NCBI GenBank assembly: GCA_019828565.1
Contig: JAHDYR010000003.1
Span: 1-64,000 of the forward strand
DNA: 64,000 nt
Direction: 5' to 3'
Source of the DNA: Carpediemonas membranifera BICM
Taxonomy: Eukaryota; Protista; Fornicata
Of the stretch, positions 44,986-58,112 are shown one piece after another. Below the pieces are notes generated by a model. It did no database searches, was not told where the DNA came from, and saw nothing but the letters and a program-made list of their open reading frames with translations. Numbering within the stretch: position 1 is the first letter of the stretch; every line of letters starts with the position of its first letter. A program made the position numbers and the translations under genes.

Positions 44986-45877
44986 TTGGGTTTTGGCAAA
45001 CATGAGTCTGTACTAGAATCGATTCTGTGGCGACAACAGTATTTACACATAACCTGCGAAGTAGGGGTGAGTGTGCCCGTAGCTATAAATAGCAATAATA
45101 ATAACTGAGGCACAACTGACACAACCCTGGCTGCCTCCTGAAGCAAGAACCCCTTGAGTTGCCTGGCATCAGGGCCAGGATGGTCCACGCGGTAGCACAG
45201 AAAACGGGACACCATGGCTGCCCGCCGCGATCGGCCGGGCTCTTGCACGTCACATGGAGCATCTTGTGCCATTGTAGGAGTTGCAGGGTGGTCCGATTTA
45301 CACAAACTGCACTGACTCACACTTCCCTCGAGCGAGGCTCACCTAACGGCGGCCTTTGCCTCGGAACTTGCGCTTGTAGCGCGCGAAGAGAGGCTCTAGA
45401 CCCGGATGAGCGGCCAGATATGTGTCGAGGGCAGAGAGTTGGTCGTAGTAGGCGTTGTATGGGATGTACGAATCTTCAGAATCCTCAAGTCCTTCCCAGT
45501 GGACAAAAGGAAAAGTAACTCGAGGCGGCCTTTGGTCTGGCGGTGGCCGACGATCGCAGCGACTGTCTGTTCGTCTTGCTCGAACGCGGCAGTGCGCTCG
45601 AGGGATGCGGCATCGGCGGAACCGGTGTGGAAGCGGATGAGGCGGTCCTGGTGTACTAGGATCTCCGCTCTAGTCACGAGGTCGCGGAGGACGTACGTGT
45701 TGGGGCTCTTCCCCTCCTTAAGGAGTTGCAAAGGTCCGCGAACTGGGGGCAGGAGCTTGTTGGGTGCTTTCGCTGGGTAACGAAGGAGCACGTACTTCTC
45801 GTTCTTCCAGTTGGTGGTGTCGGGCTTCTGGTGTCTTGCTTGAGCACGTTCATAAGCCTCGATCTTGGCGCGGGCAG

Positions 45878-48800
45878 TGTCAGCGCGGCACTTCTATCAA
45901 ATATTTATTTGATTGATGATCCGATCCGATCCCCGGGCAGGGTCCCGAATCGTCTTTTTGTTTTGCTTGTAAAGCTTCACCCCCCGTTTCGTCTGCGAAA
46001 CGAACAGTATTAATACTAGTTTGATGCAGAACGTTCCTGTGCCGGTTCCTAAACTAGCACTACAAGAATTGAGCCCAAAGACCTGGGCCAACTTCAAGAG
46101 AACGATGATCCAGTTCAAAATCTTCTACCCCGCAGCCACATACGCTGCCTTCCTAGACGCTGAACTCCAAGGTGCCCTAGAGGTCCAGCACAACGTTTCG
46201 CTGGCCTCCCAGTCCGACGACGACGTAATCCGCTGGGTTAACCAGCTCTTGGCGCCCCGAGACCCTCAAGACCTCCGCCTCCGTCTGGAGGCCGTGAAGT
46301 GCCAGGTGGATGCGAACCACGCCGTGTCGCGCGCCAACCTTATCCGAGCTTATGCTCGTGCGTTTACAGATGTCCTGGGCTCTGCGGAGTTCATGGCCAC
46401 CCCGCCAGCTACCCCTGAGGCGGACGAATCCATCCTCGCCGGGAACACTGACGGCACCGAACCAGAGCCCCCGGCCGATACCACCGTTCCGGCCGCCAGC
46501 GAGACCACGTCGGCCTCTCGGGCTCATCAGCGCATCTTTGCGCAGGGCTTGAGGCCCGCCGCCTTCAGAGATGCCGTTGACTATGCCCAACGTGTAGAAC
46601 GTCCGTCCTCTCTGCAGGACCTCATCCAGCTAACTCTCAAGATCGCGGACGAAGATGACGAGGCCCGCGAGAAGGCCCAGCGCTTCGGATACTACGCGGG
46701 TCGGGGCCATGCCCCCACTGGGCCGCAGCGTCAGGGCCCCATAACCCCCTATCGTCCCAAGCCGCTGACCGGACCCAACCCGGGCCGCCAGGATCAGCCG
46801 CGGAATAATCCCGACCAGAGACGCCAGACCTTCGCCCAGCCACGCGAATCCCCTGGAAATTTCAGGGCTCCCGATTATCGCGCAGGCCGCAGAGCATGGA
46901 ACCGAGAGAATGGATCCCTTCGCCCCGCCAGAGGCAACACCGCTCGCCAAAGTGCCCCTCGCGTGGTGAACACCCTCGATAATGGAGAACAGGTCGAAGA
47001 TCATGAGGTTTTCCTCTTAGACGGTGATACCTCCGCGTCCACGGGACCTCTTACCGTGGAAGCCGCGATCGGTGACATTTCTATGCGCGCCATCATCGAT
47101 ACCGGTGCTTCCGTCACATGTATCACCGAGCCTCTCGCGCACATGCTTCTTGAGGCCAAGAGCGCCAAACTCGTCGCCCGAGAGCCCATCACGGCCACCC
47201 CACGGCCTTCGGCAGTACCCTATCTGTGGATGAGTTCATCGAGACCTCCCTCACTGCCACCCTAGTCGGTAGCCCGGTCCACACCACGATCATCGCCGCC
47301 GTCATTCCCGGACAATCTCAGAAGGTTCTGATTGGGACCGACACGCTACGGAGCCTGGGAGTCCTGTGTAAGGACGAGCTTTTCCTGAAGCTCAGCGCCC
47401 AGCCCGACAACCCCAAGGATGACGATATCCCGCTACCTGTGTTCTCCATCGCTCCAGCCACCGAGGACCCGCTATCGCTCATTCAGATCCCGAACGACGA
47501 CCTCCGCCCGGAGATAGTTGAGCTCGTGAATCAATACGCCGAGCTCTTCAGCGATATTCCCCCAGAGGGCGCCAATGTGCCGCCGATGCACATCCCCATC
47601 GCGGAAGATGCCCCTCTAGTCCAGTCTGCACCGCGCCGTCTTGCCCCGCAGGCCAGAGACGCAGTCGATGCTGAATGCGAGCGCCTCCTTCAGGCCGGCA
47701 TCATCGAGCCGAGCCAAGGCCCTTGGGCCAGCCCCATTGTTGTGGTCGGAAAGAAGGACGGACGCATGAGACTGTGCGTTGATTACACGCAGATCAACCG
47801 CCTGACGCCGCCAGACAACTTCCCGCTACCTAACATCCGGGGAGTTCCTTCGCGCAGCCGCAGGCTGCACGGTGTTTGCCTCGCTAGACCTCAAGCAAGG
47901 CTATCACCAGGCCCCACTTCGAGAGGAAGACCGTCCGCTGTCAGCCTTTGTCACACCCGACGGATACTTCCAGTACCGCCGGGTCCCCTTCGGCCTCACC
48001 CGTGCCCCCGTCCTATTTCCAACGCATCATGCAAACAGTACTAGCACCCGTGCTCCACCGTGGCGTGGAAGTATACCTAGACGACGTCCTCATCTATGCT
48101 AGGTCTCCCAAGGAATTCATGACGATCCTTGGCTGCGTCTTCGAGCTCCTCCGGAAGGCCCGCCTCCGCCTCGGAGCCGCCAAATGCACGCTCGGTGCCT
48201 CAGAGATCACTTCTGTTGGGTTCATCATGGACAAACAGGGCATCAGAGTGACCGAAGACCGCATCAAGGCTCTCACGGAGCTCCGTAGCCCTTGCAACCT
48301 GAAGGAGCTGCGCATGGTGCTGGGTAAGTTCAACTATGTGGCCCGACACCTCCCCCAAGCTCAGAAACACCTCGCGACGCTGTCGGAGCTCTTGGCTGGC
48401 GTCCCCGCAAAGGCAGGCTCCAAGAACCGCAGCAAGACGGTCACCATCACCTGGGAGGCTCGCCACGAGCATGCCCTCACCTGCCTTAAAGAGCAGGTCC
48501 GCTCCCGGGTCACCCTGGCCTATCCCGACCTGTCGAAGGAGTGGCATCTGTTCACCGACGCCTCAACGCAGGGGAGTAGGCGGTGTACTTATCCAAGGCC
48601 GACCCGACGCGCCGGACGCTGAAGTAGTGGCATTCTTCGCCAAGAGCTTCACGACCACACAGAAGGCATGGTCCACATATGAGCAGGAGTTATATGGAAT
48701 CCTACACGCCCTCTCCTCCTCCGAGTTGACGCCGCTCCTGAAGTGCCATCCCAAGCTCCACGTCCACACCGATCACCGTAACCTGGTATTTATCCGGAAG

Positions 48801-50706
48801 AAGTACCCTCAGAACGCGAAGATCGCTCGCTGGCGCATTACGATGAACGAATTCACGTTTACTCTCGAACATGTCGCTGGCGAGGCTAACACGGTAGCAG
48901 ACGCCCTATCTCGTGTCCTCCCCGACCTCAACGTCGACACTGTCTACGCTGTGCACGTGAACGGGAGAGGCGAGGACTTCGTCATGATCGACCCACAAGC
49001 TGAGCTCACCAAGGTGCACAACACCGCGGTTGGTCATGTGGGCCCCCCCGAGATGATACGCCGTCTGCGAAAGGCGGGCGTCCAGTGGCCCGGCATGTGG
49101 GAGGATGCCCGAGCTTTCTTCACAACGTGCACCGAGTGCCAGCGTGTCCGCCCAGGCCAGCGCTTGCCGGTCCCCCAACACCCAGACCTGCGGACAATAC
49201 CCTTCCAGTCCGTCCAGGTCGACACCCTGGGCCCGTTTGCCCAGGACGAACACGGCCAGAAGTACGTCGTCGTGATCGTAGACGCGTTCTCTCGACACGT
49301 TTCTCTATTCCCGACGCACACTACGTCAGCAAAAAGACGCCGCCGACGCAATCTACAAGTTCTGCGCCGCGTTCGGCGTGCCGGAGTTCATACAGACGGA
49401 CCAAGGCTCGCAGTACAAGAACAGTTTAATCGAAGAGCTCACAAGAAGCCTCACGATCGAACACCGCTTCTCTACGCCGTACCACCCCCAAGCAAACGGA
49501 AAGGTCGAACGCATGAATGCTGAGATCGCCTGTCACATGAGGACGCTCGTAGATGAACACGAAGCCGCTTGGAGCGACATGCTCCCGCAAGTGGCCCTCA
49601 TACTCAACTCGCGAGTACACCCCGTGACCCATCAGTCCCCGTTGACCCTCCTCTTTGGTCACGACGGCTTCCACAAGGATACTCAGAGTCGGGAGGAGCG
49701 CTACACACGAGCCAGGAACTCTGTCTCCCGCGACCATGCCAAGAAGCTCGGCCGTGTTGCGTCCACGACCTACCGAGCTTATACCAGCGGGAGCCTCGTA
49801 CTGCTGGCCCCCATCAAGCCGATGAAGCTGGCCATGAAGTGGCGCGGCCCGTTCCGCGTCATACAGGAGGGGAAGGTCAAGGGATCGGTCATCATTCAGT
49901 CCCTCACCGACGACGCCGACCAGTTCACCGTCGCGTCAGAGCGCCTCCGGCCTTTCCACCGCCGCCGAGGCCAGTCACTCGCAGAACTTCGGGCACTCGT
50001 AGCCCGCCAAGACCGTGAGTTCGAGGTCGAGTCCGTCAAGGACCTCGACATGAAGGGTCGCCGTCTCCGTGTCCGCTGGAAGGGTTATGAGCCCGAGGAG
50101 GACTCCTGGATCCCGCTAAACCAGGAGAACTACCGCCTGCAAGCCCTGGACGCCTATCTACTGGATCACCCGACGGCTGTGGCACCCCTCGAGGCGCTGG
50201 CTCGTCGTCGCCGCTGGCGATGATGATCCCCATCTGATCGGGACCTTAGCACGTCCTAAACTATAAACTGCTGTCTGAGAAGCTTGATGTTGCTTAATTG
50301 AGACTAATGGACCGCTTGCGAGGAAGAATCCCGTCGAAGATCCGAAGCTTTCGTGAAAGTTCTCGTATCTCGCCAACGAGGGCCTATTGAGGCCAATGGA
50401 GGTCATTTTCAGCACCTAGGAGCTCTTTAGCTCAATAACCTCCTTCAATGGAGTTGTTCGTCTTCACGCTCAACTATCTAATCAAACCATCGCATTTGAT
50501 GGGTTTCGGATGAAATATCATAGACCTGTCCTCGCCGCCGCGCCCGTTACTCGTGGTCGTTACCACTGGGAGGGAAGTGTCAGCGCGGCACTTCTATCAA
50601 ATATTTATTTGATTGATGATCCGATCCGATCCCCGGGCAGGGTCCCGAATCGTCTTTTTGTTTTGCTTGTAAAGCTTCACCCCCCGTTTCGTCTGCGAAA
50701 CGAACA
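45878..50706 (+). mobile_element. Gypsy element D
   Basis: 129-bp LTRs 45878-46006 and 50578-50706; TSD GCAG; PPT GGGAGGGAAG. Confidence 0.95.
46024..50223 (+). CDS. gag-pol of D (several frameshifts) with chromodomain
   Basis: IIDTGAS, YLDD, TDAS, DTLGP, TDQG, FEVESVKD...VRWKGY. Confidence 0.88.
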
Positions 50707-50710
50707 GCAG

Positions 50711-52300
50711 TCGCGTGTATTGCCTTCAGGTCTGATTGGAATGACGCTATGGCGCGGCTGCCGTCTGGGCGCTGGTTGTTTTTATGTGTCTGCGCGGTAA
50801 GCAGTCGGTCGGGAGCGATGCTCGTAAGCGACGATGTGTGACCGAACAAGATCTCGAACGGCGAGTAGCCGGTAGTTGAGTGGACCGTGGTGTTGATGAT
50901 GTGCTGCGTGATTGGGATGAGGTCGGGCCATGAGGTTGACTCGACGTCCATCATCAGCGCCCGGAGACGGCGCATGATGGTGCCGTTGACGCGCTCGACA
51001 ACGCCGTTACTTTGCGGGTGATAGGCGGTCGAGAACCGGTGGTCCAGGGAGATGATGCTGTTGAACTCCTCGATGAGCGCGTTCTTGAATTGAGTCCCTT
51101 GGTCCGTCTGTATGAGGCGGGGCGAGCCGAACAGGGACCAGACTTCGAGCATAGCCGAGGCAGCTTCCTTTGCTGAGGTGCTGCTGACGGGCTTGAGCAC
51201 GACGAACTTAGAGAAGACGTCGATAAAGAAGATGATGTAGGCAAGGCCGTTGACCTCCGGGAGGGGGCCGAGCGTATCGATCTGGACTGCTTCGAAGGGG
51301 GAGCGTTTCTGGGTAGAGTGCCAAGGAGCCTTGGAGGCTGTGTGTGGCTTGACCTTCTGGCATACGGGGCATGTGGTCACGTCTTCCGCGACGTCGGTTG
51401 CCTGGGTCGGCCATTCGTGGCCCTCGTTCTGTAGGTTGGCGAGCGTTTGCTTGGCCGTGGCGTGGCCGTTAGCGCCTGCGTGCGCTGACCTTATGGCCTG
51501 TAGTTGGTCGCTGGTCGCACGGATTTCCATGATACCTAGGCCGTTAGGGCGTGAGAGTGCGTCGGCCACGAGGTTCGACGTGCCAGCGATGTGTTCGATG
51601 GTGAACGGGTACTCAGATAGGATGAGCCTCCAGCGTTTCAGCTTCCTGGTGCCTTCTTCAGCCTTTCTAATGAGCCACACGATGTTGCGGTGATCGGTGA
51701 GGATGTGAAAGGGCTTCAGTTTGAGCAACTGGGTGAACTCTGGGCTTGTGACGCAGTATACGATCGCTTATAGTTCTTGTTCCACGGTGGCCCAACGCGT
51801 TTGCGTTTCTGAGAATGTGTGCGAAAAATAGGCCAACGGCTTCTTTGTGTCGCCGTCGTTTTGCCATAAGACTCCACCCAGGGCCACCTCGGACGCGTCC
51901 GTCTCGAGCGACCAGGGCTTGTTGAGGTCTGGTAGGGCAAGTGCGCTGTTGCTGGTGCATAGCTCCTTCAAGTGGGAGAATGCCTCGTCGTGGGCCGTCG
52001 TCCAGTCTAGCTTGTCTTTGCCTTTGGGCGAGCCCTTGAGTAGGGCGTTCAGGGGGGCAGTGGCGGCGGCCAAGTCGGGGATGAAGTTGCTGAGATGGTT
52101 GAATTTTCCCATCGTGCGCCTGAGCTCTGTAACCGTGGTTGGGGCGGGGAGTTCGAGCAGGCCGGCTACCCGTCCTGGGCTGACGGAGCGGCCCGCCTTG
52201 TTGATCACGAACCCGCATACCTCGACTTCGGCTGCGCCGATGGTGCACTTGTCTGCACGGAGTCTGAGGTTGTGGTCTTTCAGGCGTTGTAGAGTCTCGC
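50711..52300 (-). CDS. RT C-terminus, RNase H and integrase of F (frameshifted)
   Basis: ETDAS, TDHRN, ADALSR, CPVC, DTLGP, TDQG, VER. Confidence 0.88.
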
Positions 52301-55300
52301 TGTCACAGCATCTCCCTCACTCCCAGTGCACTTTAAGGTAAATGGATTTCCCCGTTTTCTGCTGCCATCCGGCACAGTGATCACTCCTGGAAAATGGTAA
52401 CGCAGAATCATCTGTTCCTATCTGATCTAGATCCTGTTACGATCAGAACCTTCACTCGGCACTTCCGAGTCCTCAAAGCCCAATTTCCAACTCTTTCGCC
52501 ATCCGACTGTATTTCAGAAGAGATTCTTGATGTCCTTGAGCTTCGATATGAAGTTGATCTCTCTTCCGCAACCATTGAAGATATCGAGGCTTCTCTCCTC
52601 ACGCACCTCCTACCTCCAACACTCAATGGATGCCTCCGAGCAATGCGTGCCCTCCAGATGCCTAATCACGACAACAAGCTTCACTCGATCCTCTTGTACG
52701 TCCGAGAGCTCCGTGCGCTCTACAAGCACGCTCTAACGTTCATCCCCGACCACGACCCGCCCAAGCCTGAAGCTGATGATGACGACCCCGACGTAGACGC
52801 TCTCGCTGAGCTACTGGGCTCCTCGCCATCCGGGCCTAGCCCCGCTCATCGGGGCCTGAGCAAGGTCGCCGCCCGTGTACTCCTCGCCGCCATCAGGCCA
52901 AGTGAGCTTCAAGCTCGCCTCAAGACCGAGGTTGAGCTACAAGGCGCTCGCCTGTTCGAGGATACCGTTCAGATCGTGAAGACCGAGGTCGAGCGCCTCC
53001 AGGCGCTGGCAAGCGATCTGGCAGGCCTCGACATCTCGTCTTTGACACCGTCCACCACGTCAGCTGCCGTGTTGACCTCCGTTGACCGCCCTCGCCAAGG
53101 TGGCGGGCAGAGCCGCCAAGGCCGCCCCGCCATAGGCCGAACACATGGGCTCCCGGCCACACCCTCCAAGACCCCCTGCCCATTCTGTGGTGGTTGGCAT
53201 TGGAGGTGGCAGTGCCCTAAGGCCGACGCCGCCCAGCGAGGCTCCACCCAGCAGTCCAACCAGTCGCCGCACCCGGCACAACCGACCGGCCAGCATGACA
53301 AGCAACAGCCACATACCCAAGCCCGACATACTTCGGGCAACGCCAACCGCCAGCTGCCAGTGCCTCAACCAAATGCGGATCCCACTCAGCAGTCCGACCG
53401 CCGCGCTGGTAGGATGAACCTCCGCCCCAGCAGCACCCTCAAGAAGGGAAGACCAGTGCATGAGACCGCCCATGCCCAGCCGGTGCAGTCTGTCGACGAA
53501 CCACAGCCCGACTCATCCTACTTCACCGTCCAAGGGAAAGTCAATGGCGAGACGCAGACAATCCTGATTGATTCCGGTTCCGCCCCAAGCTGTATTTCGC
53601 AGTTGTTGGCCGAGCGCCTCAAGGCCACGATCGACACATCCGTCTCAATTGCTCTGTTGGACGTCAATAAGCAGCTTTTTTATGACGAAGGGCGTAGCAA
53701 AGGTGAGTCTGAGCCTTCCATCTGCGGGCAACGCCATGGTCACTACCGAGGCCACCTTCCACGTAATAGAACGCGACGATGATCACATACTCGTTGGTTG
53801 TGATATCCTCAGAGCTCTTGGCTTCCTCAGCGCCAAGGGCCTCTTCGTCCCTACAGGCGTCGACTGCAACGAAGACCCCCAGACCACCGAAGGGCTCCCT
53901 CCCCACAAGTACCTAGACCCAGTCCCTGTCGCTGAAGCCTCAGCTGCTCCACAGTTCTTCAGCGATGAAGTGGACGTATGTCCTGATCAACTACACGACC
54001 CTATCCGTGAGATCCTCCGCAAGCATGACGCCGTGTTCGATCCAAACCTCCCCGAAGAGCCGGCAGCCTTCCCCCCCATGACCATCCCGACCGACGGCTA
54101 CATTGTCAACATGAAGCCACGCCCTCTGGCTCCAGCCAAGACGGAGTGGCTGCACGATCATGTCTCAGACTTACGCGACAAGGGCATCACCGAGGCCAAC
54201 ACCGGCCCATATGCCAGTCCAGTAGTCCTCGTGCGAAAGGGGGACGCTTGGCGGCTTTGCATCGACTATGTCCTACTCAACAGCCACACCACCCGTGATC
54301 GACACCCCCTCCCCAACATGCGCGAGTTCCTTCGCCGAGCAAGTGGGTGCGACCGATTTGCCGCCCTGGGCCTGACCTCAGGCTATTGGCAGGTGCCTAT
54401 GGCTGACGAGGACAAGGAGAAGACCGCGTTCATCGCCCCTGGCGTGCATGAACAGTTCACCAGGATGCCTTTTTGGGCTTGCCAATGCCCCGTCGCATTT
54501 CCAGCGAGGTATCGAGACTATCCTCGGGCCCATCCTCCATAAGGGGGTTGACCCGTACATCGATGACCTCTTCATGTACTCCTCCGAGGAACTTTTCCTC
54601 AAGCTTCTCGATGACACCCTCACTCGCCTGGAAGAAGCCAACGTCCGCCTAGGCGCAAAGAAGTGCCGAATAGGCTATTCCGAGGCCCCCATAGTTGGTT
54701 TCATTGTCGACAAGGCTGGAGTTCACGTAGACCCTGAGCGCACCCGCGCCCTACGAGAGCTTCCCCTCCCCACTGATGTCCACGGGCTCAGGACCGTGCT
54801 CGGCAAGTTCCAGTTCTTAGCCTCATTCATCTCAGAGAAACGCCATGAGCTGTTCAAGCCCCTTACCGCTCTCCTAGAGAAGGACGCCGTCTTCAGCTTC
54901 GGCCCAGCCGAGACTGAGGCTTTCAACACCCTTAAGTCCCTCTTCACCGATGACCTCTTCATCGCTCACCCAGACTTGTCCCTTCCTTGGACCCTCGAGA
55001 CCGACGCTTCCAATGTCGGAGCCGGAGGTGTACTCTACCAGACTCCCAACGACAACTCGGGCAGACAAGTGCTGGCCTATTTCTCTCATACGTTCACCCC
55101 CACCCAGACCAGATGGGCTACCTGCGAACAGGAACTTTTCGCCATCGTATACGCCTTCACGCACCCCTCCCTCACCCACCTTCTGCGCGTGAAGCATGTA
55201 ACCCTCAGAACAGACCACCGTAATCTGATCTACATGATCTACAAGTCCGCGACGAACGACAAGATCCTCCGCTGGCGTCTGACGCTAGCCGACTTCAACT

Positions 55301-56880
55301 TTGAAATCACACACGTTCCCGGGAAGGATAACGTCATAGCTGATTCGCTCAGCCGGTATGGCCACGGCCAGACTACAGCCCAACCCGTCGCCGCCATATC
55401 TGTCGATGCCCGGTTCAAGGACAGACTGGCACACTTCCAAGGAGAGGACCCGGAGATCAGCAAGCTGCCGGTAGACGCTGATGGTCTCCGACGCCGGAAC
55501 GGAGCCTGCATGATCCCGACCTGTGATCAAACGAAGGGCTTACGCCAAGAGCTTATTGCCATCGCTCACCGTGGCCACCACGGAGCTAGAGCCACGTACA
55601 CCCGCCTCCGCGATGACGGCTACACCTGGGTCAGCGCGACTCAAGAGATCGCCGCCTACGTCCACTCCTGTCCGATCTGTCTCAAGGCTAGACTCTCTGA
55701 GTTCGCTCAGTCAAGCCTAGGGACCACGGCCGTGTATAAGCCTTTCCACACGGTCGCCATTGACACCATAGGCCCCATCCCCGCAGACATGTTCGGCCGC
55801 AAGTACATCTTCGTCCTTGTTGATATGTTCACCAGGTACACGGAGTTATATGCCAGCGATGAGAACACTGCCGATGCCGCTGCCTCTGCCATCTGGCAAC
55901 AACTTGTCTGCCGTCATGGCATCCCTGCCGCCATTAAGGCTGACAACGGGCCGGAGTACACTGGTGCCGTGATCAAGGCCCTCCTGTCTGATGCCGAGAT
56001 CACCGAACAACACACTCTCCCGTATCATCCCCAGTCCAACGGCGTTGTTGAACGCCGTAACGCCGAAGTGATGAAGCACCTCCGCTGCCTCACGCTCAAC
56101 TTTAACAAGTTTGACGAGTGGAGCAGGCTTCTCCCTGCCGTTCAGCTTTTGCTGAACACTTCTATCTGCTCTGCCACAGGCCTCACCCCCCACAGCATGC
56201 TTTACGGCGAGCATTTGGACCCGTCCGCCACTAGAGCCCGGCTACTCGCCCCGACTGACCCTACAGCTTCCGAGACAATCCTATCCTCCCATCGTGAATA
56301 CCTAGACAACCTCACTAACCACCTGAAGTCCCTTTCCAAGAAGGGGGAGGAGACGCAACGTAAGGTTGTCGAGAAGCGCCTGCCAAAGGAAAGACCGCAG
56401 AGACCGAGCTCAAGCCAGGTGACCTAGTCCTCGTACAGCGCAACAGGACCCCCAAGTTGCACGGTCACCTGGGACCCTACAAGATCCTCGAGATCCTCGA
56501 CCACAAGGCCGTCGTTATCGCCGACATCATCACGAACACCACCACAACCGTCCACCGGGATCACCTGCTCCCGTTCCACGTGAACTACCACTTCAACAAG
56601 CTCCGCCAGCTAGCTTCCTCAGACGAGGAGACTTTTATCGTTGAGAAGATCCTCAAGCACCGCGTCAAGGACGACATCCTCGAACTGAAGGTGAAGTGGG
56701 AAGGCTACGACGAACCCACCTATGAGCCGGCGACTGCACTCTCCGGAGTCTCGCTCGCTCGTGCTTACCTTAGAGCCAATAAGCTTCGGCTTAGGGGGGC
56801 AAGATGTCACAGCATCTCCCTCACTCCCAGTGCACTTTAAGGTAAATGGATTTCCCCGTTTTCTGCTGCCATCCGGCACA
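52301..56880 (+). mobile_element. Gypsy element E
   Basis: Identical 76-bp LTRs 52301-52376 and 56805-56880; TSD TCGC; purine tract AGGGGGGCAAGA. Confidence 0.95.
52394..56840 (+). CDS. gag-pol of E (frameshifted) with chromodomain running into the 3' LTR
   Basis: CPFCGGWHWRWQC, LIDSGS, YIDD, TDAS, ADNG, FIVEKILKHR..VKWEGY. Confidence 0.9.
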
Positions 56881-57001
56881 TCGCGAAGTCGACTGATGAA
56901 GTCCTCTTCGCTTGATGCGTGTATGAAGATATCGTCAACGTATACTCGGACGCCGTCGATGCGTTCTAGGACGCGCTCCATGGCCCTCTGGAACTTAGAG
57001 G

Positions 57002-58040
57002 TGTCACGGGGCTATATATATTTATGGTCTACGTACCTTATTGTAAATCATACACTCGCAACTGTTTTCCCTTCAACTGGGTCAAAGTAATTACTTCCCG
57101 GTTCAAGATGGTAACGTTCGATTTAGAGATCAAAATGCCGCGGTTTTCCGCGGCGAACATCACGATAGAAGGAGTGGAGAAGTTTGAGAGAGAAGTGCGT
57201 GTAGCGATCGCCTCCAAGCATGATTAACCGGTTGCTCTATTGCTGCCGAGCGGGCTAGCGAAGGAACTCGAGAGCGCCAAGCCCGGATTGACCGCTGAAA
57301 CCGCCACGAAAGACGAAGTCTTCAACTTTCTCCGAGAGCTCGCTGCCCCCAAGTCGCTTCAGCAGCTTAAGAAGCATCTCCGCTCCATCGACTGTCCCAC
57401 AAAGGACACCAGTGGCTATCGCACTCATCTTGCCGCCGTGCGCGATTATACGGATCGATTCAAGAGAGCCGCCGACTACGCTCAGCGCGTGGCCTCGAAG
57501 GAGCGCAAGGACGGACACCGCCGCCTGTACGGCACCAAGAAGACTAAGGTTCCAGTCCTCTCGGAGGACGGCGCCTCAGCAACGGTCGTCGAAAAGGACG
57601 TCCCCTGGACCGCAGACGAAGTCGCGGCCAAGCGGGCCGAGGCCTTCGAAAAGACCGCATCCAGACGCTAGCCTACGCGGATGCGGAGGGATCCTATGGC
57701 AGATGGACGACCCATCCAGGGTCATCAGCTACTACAGCAAGACGTTCACTCCGACGCAAACTCGCTGGTCAACCTTTGACCAGGAGATGTTCGGCCTCAT
57801 CTACTGTCTGTCACGCGAGGATTTAGCGCCTTACCTCAAGGCGCACGACAACTTGACAGTTCGAACAGACCACCGGAACCTGATTTACCTTCACCTCAAG
57901 GCCCCGGACACGCGCAAACACACACGTTGGCTCGCGGTCCTGCAAGAGTTCCAATACCGAGTCGTACACATCCCGGGAAAAGACAACAAGGTCGCAGACT
58001 TCCTGTCGCGATACATACCCGAGCCAGACGGCAAACACAT
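57002..58040 (+). mobile_element. Gypsy element G: 5' LTR, partial gag and RNase H (internally deleted, then interrupted)
   Basis: TGTCAC start, ATG at 57108, gag-like frame joined to DAS..GGIL..TDHRN..ADFLSR; no second LTR in the window. Confidence 0.7.
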
Positions 58041-58112
58041 AGATGAGGTATCGGGCTCTAAAAATTTCTGCACCCAGACGAAGGTTCTGATCCTGCGTTA
58101 AAAGGTCAAGAA

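Larger units (their letters stand above)
35968..45121 (-). mobile_element. Gypsy element B (contains C)
   Basis: LTRs 35968-36060 and 45026-45121; TSD CAAC; PPT complement CTACCCCCCT at 36061. Confidence 0.9.
35941..57001 (-). mobile_element. Gypsy element F, fragmented by B, D, E and G
   Basis: Putative 3' LTR 35941-35967 + 45126-45321 with PPT complement CTTCCCTC; pol pieces about 45340-45877, 50711-52300 and 56885-57001 (YVDD) rejoin in frame when D and E are removed. Confidence 0.8.
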
